Shown: positions 1-13,434 of the stretch, in pieces
Layout: each line of letters opens with the position of its first letter
Position numbering within the stretch: position 1 is the stretch's first letter
Origin: Mobula hypostoma
Lineage: Eukaryota
Direction of reading: 5' to 3'
NCBI RefSeq assembly: GCF_963921235.1
Contig: NC_086101.1
Span: 190,774,001-190,838,000, forward strand
Length of the DNA stretch: 64,000 nucleotides
Position numbers and translations under genes: made by a program
The notes under the pieces: model-generated
Database searches by the model: none
What the model was told of the DNA's origin: nothing
Seen by the model: only the letters and a program-made list of their open reading frames with translations

Positions 1-2143
1 TATGCAATGGCAAGCATTTAAAGGTTGCATGGATGAACTACAACAATTGTTCATCCCAGTTTGGCAAAAGAATAAATCAAGGAAGGTAGTGCACCCGTGG
101 TTGACAAGAGAAATTAGGGATAGTATCAATTCCAAAGAAGTAGCATATAAGTTAGCCAGAGAAAGTGGCTCACCTGAGGACTGGGAGAAATTCAGAGTTC
201 AGCAGAGGAGGACAAAGGGCTTAATTAGGAAGGGGAAAAAAGATTATGAGAGAAAACTGGCAGGGAACATAAAAACGGACTGTAAAAGCTTTTATAGATA
301 TGTAAAAAGGAGAAGACTGGTAAAGACAAATGTAGGTCCCCTGCAGGCAGAAACAGGCGAATTGATTATGGGGAGCAAGGACATGGCAGACCAATTGAAT
401 AATTACTTTGGTTCTGTCTTCACTAAGGAGGACATAAATAATCTTCCAGAAATAGTAAGGGACAGAGGGTCCAGTGAGATGGAGGAACTGAGCGAAATAC
501 ATGTTAGTAGGGAAGTGGTGTTAGGTAAATTGAAGGGATTGAAGGCAGATAAATCCCCAGGGCCAGATGGTCTGCATCCCAGAGTGCTTAAGGAAGTAGC
601 CCGAGAAATAGTGGATACATTAGTGATAATTTTTCAAAACTCGTTAGATTCTGGACTAGTTCCTGAGGATTGGAGGGTGGCTAATGTAACCCCACTTTTT
701 AAAAAAGGAGGGAGAGAGAAACCGGGGAATTATAGGCCGGTTAGCCTAACGTCGGTGGTGGGGAAACTGCTGGAGTCAGTTATCAAGGATGTGATAACAG
801 CACATTTGGAAAGCGGTGAAATGATCGGACAAAGTCAGCATGGATTTGTGAAAGGAAAATCATGTCTGACGAATCTCATAGAATTTTTTGAGGATGTAAC
901 TAGTAGAGTGGATAGGGGAGAACCAGTGGATGTGGTATATTTGGATTTTCAAAAGGCTTTTGACAAGGTCCCACACAGGAGATTAGTGTGCAAACTTAAA
1001 GCGCACGGTATTGGGGGTAAGGTATTGGTGTGGGTGGAGAATTGGTTAGCAGACAGGAAGCAAAGAGTGGGAATAAATGGGACCTTTTCAGAATGGCAGG
1101 CGGTGACTAGTGGGGTACCGCAAGGCTCAGTGCTGGGACCCCAGTTGTTTACAATATATATTACTGACTTGGATGAGGGAATTAAATGCAGCATCTCCAA
1201 GTTTGCGGATGACACGAAGCTGGGTGGCAGTGTTAGCAGTGAGGAGGATGCTAAGAGGATGCAGGGGTGACTTGGATAGGTTGGGTGAGTGGGCAAACTC
1301 ATGGCAGATGCAATTTAATGTGGATAAATGTGAAGTTATCCACTTTGGTGGCAAAAATAGGAAAACAGATTATTATCTGAATGGTGGCCGATTAGGAAAA
1401 GGGGAGGTGCAACGAGACCTGGGTGTCATTATAAACCAGTCATTGAAAGTGGGCATGCAGGTACAGCAGGCGGTGAAAAAGGCGAATGGTATGCTGGCAT
1501 TTATAGCGAGAGGATTCGAGTACAGGAGCAAGGAGGTACTACTGCAGTTGTACAAGGCCTTGGTGAGATCACACCTGGAGTATTGTGTGCAGTTTTGGTC
1601 CCCTAATCTGAGGAAAGACATCTTTGCCATAGAGGGAGTACAAAGAAGGTTCACCAGATTGATTCCTGGGATGGCAGGTCTTTCATATGAAGAAAGACTG
1701 GATGAACTGGGCTTGTACTCGTTGGAATTTAGAAGATTGAGGGGGGATCTGATTGAAACGTATAAGATCCTAAAGGGATTGGACAGGCTAGATGCGGGAA
1801 GATTGTTCCCGATGTTGGGGAGGTCCAGAACGAGGGGTCACAGTTTGAGGATAGAGGGGAAGCCTTTTCGGACCGAGATTACGAAAAACTTCTTCACACA
1901 GAGAGTGGTGAATCTGTGGAATTCTCTGCCACAGCAAACTGTTGAGGCCAGTTCATTAGCTATGTTTAAAAGGAAGTTAGATATGGCCCTTGTGGCTACA
2001 GGGGTCAGGGGGTATGGAGGGAAGGCTGGGTTCTGAGTTGGATGATCAGCCATGATCATAATAAATGGCGGTGCAGGCTCGAAGGGCCGAATGGCCTACT
2101 CCTGCACCTATTTTCTATGTTTCTATGTTTCTATGTTTCTATG
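1..2143 (+). mobile_element. Young CR1 LINE (ORF2 RT region to 3' tail); 5' part lies outside the window; single +1 frameshift near 1265
   Basis: ORFs 2..1270 and 1110..2036 give CR1 ORF2 motifs ([48 protein letters not shown]). Tail (TTTCTATG)n at 2111-2143. GCAGGGGTGAC here versus GCAGGGTGAC in the second copy explains the frameshift. Confidence 0.95.
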
Positions 2144-3003
2144 AAAGTCCAAGTATACACTGCATCCCCTTTATCTATCTTACTTGTAATCTCCTCCAAG
2201 AATTCCAACAGGTTCGTCAGGTAGAATTTTCGCTGAAGGAAACCATGCTGATTTTCAAAGGCTTTAAAGATACATTTAATGTCGGAGAAATGTATACAAT
2301 ATACATCCTGAAATGCTTTTTCTTCATAACCATCCAAGAAAACAGAGGAGTGCCCCAAAGAATGAACGACAGTTAAATGTTAGAACCCCTAAGTCGCCCT
2401 CAGCTCCCGCCTCTCATGTGTAAGCGGCAGCAAGCAACAATCCCCCCTCCCCCACCAGCAACAAGAAACATCGGCACCCGCCACCGAACACGCAAACGTG
2501 AGCAAGCAACTGTAAAGACACAGACCTGCAGTTATCCCAAAGACTTCGCATTTCACCTGGTATTCGACATACCGCAGGCTCTCTCTCTCTCTCTCCCTAA
2601 TATGGGAAAAAGAGGTGTCTCCGGTTTCACAGTGAGCGGGGAGACATAATGAACAACTTGCTGGTTTACAATGTTAAAAGTCCACCATGACGCTTTTTCA
2701 AGCTCTGTGCCCAAATATCAAGCCTCTGGGCACACCGCCGCAGGTATTCCGACTCCCCCAATGACACTGACCCCGGATCTGCCCGTCTAGAGAGCCCTGA
2801 TGTCCTGGGCTTCCAAAGCTGAGCCGGACTCTTTGGTGGAGCCCTTGGTGTGCTGGACAACGGCCAGTTTTGAAACCCCGAGAGCAGGTCCCATTTCCGC
2901 AAAGAGATGTAGTCCTGTGTCACCAAGTACTCCATCACCTCATCCTTAACAATTGACTCCAACATCTTCCCAACTACTGAGATCAGACTAACTGGTCTAT
3001 AAT
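2144..3003 (-). mobile_element. Old CR1 RT fragment, split by the 2244..2911 insertion
   Basis: Minus-strand translation [28 protein letters not shown] (2912-3003) continues as QHGFLQRKFYLTNLLEFLEEITSKIDKGDAVY (2146-2243). Confidence 0.8.
2244..2911 (-). mobile_element. 5'-truncated, diverged copy of the unclassified non-autonomous retroelement family also at 26280 and 36938
   Basis: Shares TACATTTAAT...ATATACATCCTG...TGCCCCAAAG.ATGAA.GACAGTTAAA.GT.AGAACCCC and downstream blocks with 26280..27063 and 36938..37752. The minus-strand 3' end is ...CTTTAAAGCCTTTGAAA. Confidence 0.7.
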
Positions 3004-3745
3004 TTCCTTTCAACACACATAAAAATTGCTGGTGAACACAGCAGCCCAGGCAGCATCTGTAGGAAGAGGTACAGTCGACGTGTTGGCCGACACCCTTCGT
3101 CAGGACTAATAGAAAGAACAAATAGTAAGAGATTTGAAAGTCGGAGGGGGAGGGGGAGATACGAAATGATAGGAGAAGACAGGAGGGGAAGGGATGAAGG
3201 TAAGAGCTGGAAAGTTGTTTGGCAAAAGGGGTATGAAAGGATCATGGGACTGGAGGTGTAGGGAGAAAGAAAGGGGGAGGGGGCAATCCCAGAGGACGGG
3301 CAAGGAGTATAGTGAAAGGGACAGTGGGAGAAAAAGAGAGAGAATATATACATATATTTGTATATAATAATAAATAAATATCGGATAGGGTACGAAGGGG
3401 AGGTGGGGCTTTAACGGAAGTTAGAGAAGTCAATGTTCATGCCACCAGGTTGGAGGTTACCCAGATGGAATATAACGTGTTGTTCCTCCAATCTGAGTGT
3501 GGATTCATCTTGACAGTAGGGGAGGCTGTGAATAGACATATCAGAATGAGAATGGGACGTGGATATATCAGAATGGGAATGGGACGTGACATATCAGAAT
3601 GGGAATGGGACGACCTCCTCTACTGTCTCGGCCCGAAACGTTGACTGTTCCTCTTCCTATAGATGCTTCCTGGCCTGCTGCATTCACCAGTAATTTTTAT
3701 GTGTGTTGCTTGAAATCCCAGCATCTGCAGATTTCCTCGTGTTTG
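3004..3745 (-). mobile_element. 5'-truncated Penelope-like element end with an inverted terminal segment
   Basis: 3011-3600 matches the 3' end of the PLE at 49777-50330. 3625-3745 is the same terminal sequence in inverted orientation (GGCCCGAAACGTTGACTG...TAGATGCT.CCTGGCCTGCTG). There is an internal ~25-bp repeat (ATATCAGAATGGGAATGGGACG) at 3535-3615. Confidence 0.8.
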
Positions 3746-4627
3746 CTGTTATAATTTCATTTCTGCTTCCTTCCTCCTTTCTGAAAGAGTGGAGTAACAT
3801 TTCCAATATCCCAGTCCTCTGGTACCATGCGAGAATCCAACGATTTTTGAAAGATCATTTCTAATGCCACAACAATCTCTAACGCTCCCTATTTCAGAAC
3901 CATATGGTGCAGTTCCTCTGGTCCGGGTGACTTATGTACCTTTAGGTATTTCAGCTTTTTGAGCACCTTCTCTCTTGTCATACTAACTGCACCCAATTCT
4001 CTTCCTTCACACACTACAACATAAGGCATACTGCTAGTGTTTTCCACAGTGAGGACTGATGCAAAATACTTATTTAGTTCATCAGCCATCTCCTTTTCCC
4101 CTGTTATTATTTCTCCTGCCTCTCTTTCTCTCGGTTCTATGTCTACTCTCATTTCTCTTTTATTTTCAACATACTTGAAAAAAACTTTTACTGTCCACTT
4201 TGATATTACTTGCGAGCTTGCTTTCATATTTCATCTTTTCCCTTCTAATGATTTTTTCTTTTCTTTTTCAATCTTTTTATTAATTTCAAAACATAGAAGC
4301 AAAACATAGCAATAATACAAATAGTAGGAGATATATTGTTACACTTAAAAAAGTAATTGCAAAACCAAATAGTGTAAATTAACAAAGCTCCCAAACATAT
4401 AGAACTAACAACGGATAATACAAAGCAAAAAAAACATGAAAAAGAAAAAAAAACAAAACAAAAAAAAAACCCAATTCCCAAAGAAAAGCCGAATTAATCA
4501 ACTAAACTAAAAGACTTGGGCAGTACTAACAACTTAAAAATGAGAGAGAAGAAAACCTTCATGTCGACGACTCCATTCCTCTCAATCAACAGTACAGAGA
4601 GATAAAACAAGTTTGGAAATGATCCAA

Positions 4628-7600
4628 TTACATCAAATGAAAATGCTGAATGAATGGCCTCCAAGTTTTTTCAAATTTAATGGAAGGGTCATAAACTGCA
4701 CTTCTAATTTTCTCCAAATTCAAACACACCATAGTTTGTGAAAACCAATGAAATACAGTAGGAGGATTAATCTCTTTCCAATTCAACAAAATGGTTCTTC
4801 TAGCCATTAAAGTAAGAAATGCAATAATCCTACGTGATGAAGAGGTTAAATTATTTAAATCTATCACTGGTAATCCAAAGATAGCAGTAATTGGATGAGG
4901 TGGTAAGTCTATATTTAAGACCGTTGAAATAATATCAAAAATATCTTTCCAATATTTTTCCAACAAAGGACATGACCAAAACATATGAGTTAAAGAAGCT
5001 GTCTCGGAATGACATCTGTCACATATTGGATTAATATAAGAGTAATAACGAGATAGTTTATCTTTGGACATATGAGGCCTGTGCACTACTTTAAACTGTA
5101 TCAACACATGTTTAGCACATACAGAGGATGAATTCACCAACTGAAGAATTTTTTCCCATTTTTCAGTCCGTATATTAATCTCAAGTTCTCTTTCCCAGTC
5201 AGCTTTAATTTTATTAGAAGCATCAGGACATAAATTCATAATTATATTATATATAATTGCTACTACACTTTTCTGAGAGAGATTTAAATCTAAAATTTTT
5301 TCCAATGTGTCCATTGGATATGGGTGCGGAAAATTAAGGGAGACAGTAATTAAAAAGTTTTTAATCTGTAGATATCTAAAAAAGTGAGATCTGGGTAAAT
5401 TATATTTATTAGGGAGTTGATGAAAAGACATAAAACAATTATCCAAAAATAAATTGTGAAAAGATATTATACCTTTGGTTTTCCAATCAAAGTAAACTTG
5501 ATCCATAGTGGAAGGTTGAAAAAGGAAATTTGATATAATGGGACTTGCGAGAATAAATTGATTGAACCCAAAATATCTTCGGAATTGAAACCATATACGT
5601 AAAGTATGCTTAACTATTGGGTTATTCATTTGTTTATACAATTTAAAAGAAGTAAAAGGAAGCCAAGTTCCTAAAACCGAACCCAAGGAAAACCCTTGTA
5701 ATGAATTAGATTCAAGATTGACCCAATGTGGGTTTAAAGATACATCCAAATCTTGTAACCAAAATTTTAAATATCGAATATTAATTGCCCAGTAATAGAA
5801 TCTAAAATTCGGGAGGGCGAGCTCCCCGTCCTTTTTAGATTTCTGTAGATACCTTTTACCTAACCTAGGATTTTTGCTCTGCCAAATATATGAGGAAATT
5901 TTTGAATCTACGTTATCGAAAAAAGATTTTGGGATAAAAATTGGAACCGATTGAAATATATTCAAAAATTTGGGCAAAATGATCATAGAAACATAGAAAC
6001 ATAGAAACATAGAAAATAGGTGCAGGAGTAGGCCATTCGGCCCTTCGAGCCTGCACCGCCATTTATTATGATCATGGCTGATCATCCAACTCAGAACCCT
6101 GCACCAGCCTTCCCTCCATACCCGCTGACCCCTGTAGCCACAAGGGCCATATCTAACTCCCTCTTAAACATAGCCAATGAACTGGCCTCAACAGTTTGCT
6201 GTGGCAGAGAATTCCACAGATTCACCACTCTCTGTGTGAAGAAGTTTTTCGTAATCTCGGTCCTAAAAGGCTTCCCCTCTATCCTCAAACTGTGACCCCT
6301 CGTTCTGGACCTCCCCAACATCGGGAACAATCTTCCCGCATCTAGCCTGTCCAATCCCTTTAGGATCTTATACGTTTCAATCAGATCCCCCCTCAATCTT
6401 CTAAATTCCAACGAGTATAAGCCCAGTTCATCCAGTCTTTCTTCATATGAAAGACCTGCCATCCCAGGAATCAATCTGGTGAACCTTCTTTGTACTCCCT
6501 CTATGGCAAAGATGTCTTTCCTCAGATTAGGGGACCAAAACTGCACACAATACTCCAGGTGTGGTCTCACCAAGGCCTTGTACAACTGCAATAGTACCTC
6601 CCTGCTCCTGTACTCGAATCCTCTCGCTATAAATGCCAGCATACCGTTCGCCTTTTTCACCGCCTGCTGTACCTGCATGCCCACTTTCAATGACTGGTGT
6701 ATAATGATACCCAGGTCTCGTTGCACCTCTCCTTTTCCTAATCGGCCACAATTCAGATAATAATCTGTTTTCCTATTTTTGCCACCAAAGTGGATAACTT
6801 CACATTTATCCACATTAAATTGCATCTGCTATGAGTTTGCCCACTCACCCAACCTATCTAAGTCACCCTGCATCCTCTTAGCATCCTCCTCACTGCTAAC
6901 ACTGCCACCCAGCTTCGTGTCATCCGCAAACTTGGAGATGCTGCATTTAATTCCCTCATCCAAGTCAGTAATATATATTGTAAACAACTGGGGTCCCAGC
7001 ACTGAGCCTTGCGGTACCCCACTAGTCACTGCCTGCCATTCTGAAAAGGTCCCGTTTATTCCCACTCTTTGCTTCCTGTCTGCTAACCAATTCTCCACCC
7101 ACACCAATACCTTACCCCCAATACCGTGTGCTTTAAGTTTGCACACTAATCTCCTGTGTGGGACCTTGTCATAAGCCTTTTGAAAATCCAAATATACCAC
7201 ATCCACTGGTTCTCCCCTATCCACTCTACTAGTTACATCCTCAAAAAATTTTATGAGATTCGTCAGACATGATTTTCCTTTCACAAATCCATGCTGACTT
7301 TGTCCGATCATTTCACCGCTTTCCAAATGTGCTGTTATCACATCCTTGATAACTGACTCCAGCAGTTTCCCCACCACCGACGTTAGGCTAACCAGTCTAT
7401 AATTCCCCGGTTTCTCTCTCCCTCCTTTTTTAAAAAGTGGGGTTACATTAGCCACCCTCCAATCCTCAGGAACTAGTCCAGAATCTACAGAGTTTTGAAA
7501 AATTATCACTAATGCATCCACTATTTCTCGGGCTACTTCCTTAAGCACTCTGGGATGCAGACCATCTGGCCCTGGGGATTTATCTGCCTTCAATCCCTTC

Positions 7601-10600
7601 AATTTACCTAACACCACTTCCCTACTAACATGTATTTCACTCAGTTCCTCCATCTCACTGGACCCTCTGTCCCATACTATTTCTGGAAGATTATTTATGT
7701 CCTCCTTAGTGAAGACAGAACCAAAGTAATTATTCAATTGGTCTGCCATGTCCTTGCTCCCCATAATCAATTCACCTGTTTCTGTCTGCAGGGGACCTAC
7801 ATTTGTCTTTAGCAGTCTTTTCCTTTTTACATATCTATAAAAGCTTTTACAGTCCGTTTTTATGTTCTCTGCCAGTTTTCTCTCATAATCTTTTTTCCCC
7901 TTCCTAATTAAGCCCTTTGTCCTCCTCTGCTGAACTCTGAATTTCTCCCAGTCCTCAGGTGAGCCACTTTCTCTGGCTAATTTGTATGCTACTTCTTTGG
8001 AATTGATACTATCCCTAATTTCTCTTGTCAGCCACGGGTGCACTACCTTCCTTGATTTATTGTTTTGCCAAACTGGGATGAACAATTGTTGTAGTTCATC
8101 CATGCAACCTTTAAATGCTTGCCATTGCATATCCACCGTCAATCCTTTAAGTGTCATTTGCCAGTCTATCTTAGCTAATTCACGTCTCATACCTTCAAAG
8201 TTACCCCTCTTTAAGTTCAGAACCTTTGTTTCTGAATTAACTATGTCACTCTCCATCTTAATAGCATTAATCCGACCAATCAAAGACAAAGAGATTGGTG
8301 ACCATTTAGTAAATAAAAGTTTAATCTGATCAATTAAAGGTAAAAAATTAGCTTTAAATAAATCTTTATATTTTTTCATTATTGTTATCCCTAAATATAT
8401 AAATGAATCAGTAACCAATTTAAATGGTAAAGGTCCGTAAATAGGTACCTGCTTATTTAAAGGGAATAATTCACTCTTATTGAGATTCAATTTGTAACCA
8501 GAGAAGTTACTAAATTGAGCCAACAGACCTAGAATAGCAGGAATTGACTTCTCCGGGTTAGAGATGTATAACAACAAATCATCTGCATATAATGATAATT
8601 TATGTATTTCGTTTCCACGGGTAATACCAACAATATTTGGCGAGTCACGAATAGCAATTGCTAAAGGTTCAAGGGCAATATTGAATAGTAAAGGACTAAG
8701 AGGGCAACCTTGCCTAGTACCACGAAAAAGACGAAAACAAGGAGATCTATAATTATTTGTACAAACCGAGGCTACCAGGGAGCAATATAACAATTTAATC
8801 CAATATATAAATGTCAAATTAAAATTAAATTTCTCAAGAACATTAAATAAATAAGGCCATTCAACTCTGTCAAAGGCTTTCTCAGCATCTAATGAGATAA
8901 TACATTCCGGGGTAGTAAGTGAGGGGGTATAAACAATATTCATTAACCTCCTAATATTAAAGGATGAATAGCGATTTTTAATAAATCCAGTTTGATCCAT
9001 GGATATAATTTGAGGTAACACCTTCTCTAACCTAGTTGCTAGAATTTTTGAAAAAATTTTTGAGTCTACATTCAGAAGAGATATCGGTCTGTATGATGCA
9101 CAATCAGTAGGATCTTTATTCTTTTTAAGAATTAAGGAAATAGAGGCTTCATAAAATGATTGTGGTAATTTACCTAAACTCATTGCTTCCTTGAATATTC
9201 TGGACAACTTTGAAGAAAGAATGGAGGAAAAAATTTTTAAAAATTCCACTGTAAACCCGTCCGGACCGGGTGCTTTACCGGAATTCAATGATGAGATTGC
9301 AGTTATTATTTCTTCCACTGAAATGGAAGTTTCTAATGATAAGCAATCTTCGGGTGATAGTTTCGGAAAACTCAATTTACTTAAAAAACCATGCATGAAA
9401 TTAGAATCATGAGGAAAATCAGAGTGATATAGAGAGGTATAAAATTCTTGAAAGGTTTGGTTTATCCCAGCATGATCAACTGTGAAAGTATCATCCTGTT
9501 TGCGAATCTTAGTAATTTGATGTTTAACCGAATCAAATTTCAATTGATTAGCCAGTAATTTACCCGATTTATCGCTATAAATGTAAAAATCACTTCTAGT
9601 TCTCATTAACTGATTTTCGATCGAGGATGTTAATAATAAGCTATGTTCCAATTGAAGTTCAACTCTGTGTTTGTACAGCTCCTTACTGGGAGAAATAGCA
9701 TATTTTTTTATCGACTTCTTTAATCTTATCAACCAACAGAAGTATTTCCTTGTTAACACGTCTTTTCAAACCAGCCGAATAGGAAATAATCTGACCACAG
9801 ATATAAGCTTTAAAGGCGTCCCAAACAGTTCCATTGGAAACTTCTTCCGTAGTATTAGTTGAAAAGAAGAAATCAATCTGCTCCTTTATAAACTTGACAA
9901 AGTCCTGATCTTGAAGCGAAATAGGGTTAAATCACCATTGTCTGTTAATACAAGAGGTGTCCATTAACTTGATGGAAAGTTTCATTAGAGCATGATCTGA
10001 AATAACAATACTGTCATAATTACAATCAACTACATATGGAATCAAATGGGAGTCAATCAAAAAAAATATCAATTCGGGAAAAGGAACGATGAACATGTGA
10101 AAAAAAAGAGAATTCCTTGTCATTTGGATGTAGAAATCTCCAAATTTCTGAAATCCCAGAATCCAACATAAAAGAGTTAATAATAGTAGCCGACTTATTC
10201 GGTAAAGCCGGACTACCTATGGATCTGTCCAGCATGGGACTCAAACATAAATTAAAGTCACCGCCCATTATCAACATATACTCATTTAAGTTAGGAAAGG
10301 AAGTGAATAAGTGTTTAAAAAATTCAGGATAATCCACATTCGGAGCGTAAACATTAACCATAGCAACCTTTTTATTAAAAAGTACCCCAGTAATTAACAA
10401 AAATCTGCCATTAGGATCTGAGACAATGTCTTGATGAATAAATGTAATTGAGGGATCAATAAAAATTGAAACGCCTTTAATTTTGGCTTGAGCATTTGAA
10501 TGGTATTGTTGTGCTTTCCAAAACTTAAAGAAGCGTTGATTGTCCTCTTTCCTTACATGAGTCTCTTGTGCAAAAATAATAAGAGCATTCAGTCTTTGGA

Positions 10601-10682
10601 ACACTTTGAAAATCTTTTTCCATTTTATTGGATGGTTTAAACCATTTGTATTCCAAGAGACAAAATTAATAGTATGAGCCAT
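4628..10682 (-). pseudogene. L1 ORF2 (APE endonuclease, RT and CCHC), disrupted by frameshifts/stops and the CR1 insertion
   Basis: Endonuclease: SWNTNGLN, AQETH, NVYAPN, GGDFN, SRID (10053..10682). RT: [42 protein letters not shown]-terminal CDRC-x8-H-x4-C in 4628..5986. Confidence 0.92.
5987..8253 (-). mobile_element. Young 5'-truncated CR1 inserted into L1 ORF2; same family as 1..2143
   Basis: Near-identical to 1..2143 in inverted orientation (position 1 corresponds to 8131). (TTTCTATG)n tail at ~5987-6015. Flanked by CAT at 5984-5986 and 8254-8256 (3-bp TSD or microhomology). One TGG->TAG stop at 6829-6831. Confidence 0.95.
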
Positions 10683-11506
10683 AATTGAAAATTAACCCTT
10701 TGGTAAGTAAGGGGTTAACCATAATGTGAGCTCATATAATCGGAAGAGGAATACATGATTAGAGAGGAACCGGAAATTTCAACACTGCGGACATCTTTGT
10801 AGTTCTGATTCAGCCCAATAGAAAAGTTTAAAAAAGGAAAAGACTACCCCACCCTGCAACTCCAAGAACCTCGAACTAAGCCAGAGAAGGCTGAAGAAAG
10901 CACTAACTAAAACCAACTCTAACCCCATTTCTACAAGAGGCAACTCCAAAAATATATGTTAAATAGGTGACCCCCCGGAGACTAATCTATGTAAAAAATA
11001 AACACTATAGTAAATTAGTCTACATAGTAAAATTACTAAAATATATGAAATAAAAAAAACAATGTCAATACGTATAATTAGTTAATTATAAACGAGTAAG
11101 TAAAAAATCGCTTCCAAAAAAGAAAAAGGATTATGGGAAGAAGAAACATGAGAACACGGCGTCGCCTCCACCCCCCCCCCAAAAAAGGAGGTTATGCAAA
11201 AAGAAGAAAAGTCGCTATTTTAATAATGCGGAAGCCAAAAATAGGAAACATATAACTAAAAATGATCGTCAGATCAAATCATTAATAATAACGAAAAAGG
11301 AAAAATTAAAAAAAAGGTTAAAGGAAAATGATGTTATTCACGAGAAGTAAGTATTCTGTGTAGGTTATAGAGTAACAACTATAGTAATAAACAAAGAACA
11401 AAAATCTTGGAACTTATAAAAAGCTTCATCGCACGGTAGTAGAAGGTTTATTTTAAAGAAAAACACCAGAGAAAAAAAAATTGGTGCTGGAAGCACCGGA
11501 CACAAA

Positions 11507-12400
11507 TTAAGAGAGGGTGTCTGTGTCAGATGGGTAATTATCATCCAAAACGCTTCGAGCGGCAGTTGTAGAATGGAAGACACGACCATTTCCATCAGGA
11601 AGAGAGATTCTGAGACGTGCAGGATACAATAGTGCCGGTTTGAGATATTTTTGATTACATTCCGACATTAGAGGTTTAAAAGTCAGTCGTTCCTTCATCA
11701 CTTCGGGACTATAATCTTGAACTATCCTGAAGGAATGCTGGCGATACTTGATCATCCCTTGTCGACGAGCAGTCTGGAGAAGTTGTTCTTTAACATTAAC
11801 GTAATGGAAACGAAGAATAACTGGTCTGGGTTTGGATACAGCCGATGCTGACTTTATCCACGGTATACGATGGGCGCGGTCCAGTAATGGAGGATCGTTG
11901 GGAAAAACTGAACCGAACGTATCCTTTAAAAGTTGAGCAAAGAATATTGCAGGGTCTCCAACCTCAACATCCTCGGGTAAGCCAATGAAACGTAAGTTTT
12001 GTCTTTCTCGAACGAATTTCAAGATCGATAACTTTGGATTTAAGGTGTTGGAGTTGTTTAGTAGTCGAAGCTAGATTCTTCTCTAAGTTCTCAACTTTTG
12101 TATCCGTCTTCTGAGACTTAGTATCCAGTTCAGAAATTTTAGCATCGTGTTTTTGAACATCAGAATTCAGGGATTTCAAAGAATTCGTGATTGATTTTAA
12201 ATCTTCATTGAGGCTTTGGCGATGTTGTTCAAATTAAGCAGATAAACTTTCAGATAATTTTATCCAATGCTCCTCAAACATTTCCTCCAGACACTTCATC
12301 ATAACCTCGTAAGTAAATCCCGTTTGTTTGGATAACCTTTCTTCTTTCCTCCGTTCCCATCAGCGTCTTTCCCATCTTTGGTTTTAGATCTCGTACTCAT
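11507..12400 (-). pseudogene. L1 ORF1 (coiled coil, RRM and CTD), frameshifted
   Basis: ATG at 12400 (MSTRSKTKDGK...). Coiled-coil segment in ORF 11964..12179. NLRFIGLPE...LDRAHR...KPRPVILRFH in ORF 11507..12022 is typical of L1 ORF1. Confidence 0.85.
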
Positions 12401-13434
12401 TTCTTTAAGCTCAAGAGTTACAGTTTACAAAAAAAAAATCCATTAATTAGTAAATCAGGAAGATAAAGTAAATCTTCTGGTGTAAATAAAGTTGATTAGA
12501 ACAAGGAGATCATAGGTTAAAAAAGATAACGGGAATGGAGCGAAGCCAGAGACGACCTCACTCCATGAGCGCTCCCTGCAGAATCTAATGATTTTTTAAG
12601 TTGCTCTCTGTAGGTTTTTGAAATATTTCCAATCCTCTATCTTCTCACTAATTTTTGCATTGGCTTCCTTTGTCAGCCACGGCTGTACTATTTTGCCATT
12701 TGAGTATTTCTTCAGATGTGGAATACACTTGTCCTGCACCTTCCTCAATTTTCCCCCAGAAACGCATGCCATGGCTGCTCTGCTGACATCCCTGCCAGTA
12801 GCTCTTTCCAGTTTACTTTGGCCAACGCCTCTCTCATACCACTGTAATTTCTCTTACTGCACTGAAATGCTGCTATGACAGCTTTTACTTTCTCCCTATC
12901 AGATTTCAAGTTGAACACACTTATATTGCGATCACTGTTTCCTAAGGGTACCCCAACCACCTCTGGTTCATTACATAACACCTAATCTAGTATAGTTGAT
13001 TCCGTAGTAGGCTCAATGACAAACTACACTAGAAACTATCTCTTAGGCTTTCAACAAACTCCCACTTTTGAGATCCATTACCAACCTGATTTTCCCAATC
13101 GACCTGCGTGTTAAAATCTCCCATGATCACCATAATATTGTCCTTTTGACTCGCCTTTTCTATTTCCCGTTGTAACCTGTGGTCCACCTTCAAGCACTGT
13201 TTGGAGGGCTCTAACTGCCAGAAGGGTCCTAGCAGCCATGCAGTTTCTTAACTCAACGCACAAGGATTCAATACCTTCTGATCCTATGTCACATCTTTCT
13301 ACTGATTTGCTGCCATTCTTTACCAGTAGAACCACACCACCTCCTCTGCCTACCTCCTATCCCTCTGATACAACATGTAACCTTGGACATTCAGCTCCCA
13401 ACTACAACCATCCTTCAGCCATGAGTAGTAAATA

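Larger units (their letters stand above)
4258..12583 (-). mobile_element. Full-length L1-clade LINE (~6.06 kb after removing the nested CR1) with a 14-bp target-site duplication
   Basis: TSD TCTAATGATTTTTT at 4244-4257 and 12584-12597. In element sense this reads CTT/AAAAAATCATTAGA, the canonical L1 endonuclease TT/AAAA site. ORF1, ORF2, AATAAA (4276-4281) and an A-rich tail are present. Confidence 0.93.
3750..13426 (-). mobile_element. Old CR1 (endonuclease to early RT) split by the L1 insertion; pieces 3750..4257 and 12584..13426
   Basis: ORF 3889..4227 (FFKYVENKREMRVDIEP...KSPGPEELH) and ORF 12745..12981 (LCNEPEVVGVPLGNSD). Removing the L1 and one TSD copy restores a continuous CR1 sequence like that at 14200-14290. 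Confidence 0.85.

Noticed and set aside
4628-6085. 485-aa ORF starting MISHDHNKW as an independent gene
   Set aside because: The N-terminus is the CR1 3' UTR/tail read in frame into the C-terminal half of L1 ORF2.
221-8752. Numerous 60-130-aa antisense ORFs over CR1/L1 (e.g. 949..1302, 6779..7174, 7982..8329)
   Set aside because: Shadow ORFs on the opposite strand of retroelement coding sequence, duplicated exactly with the elements.
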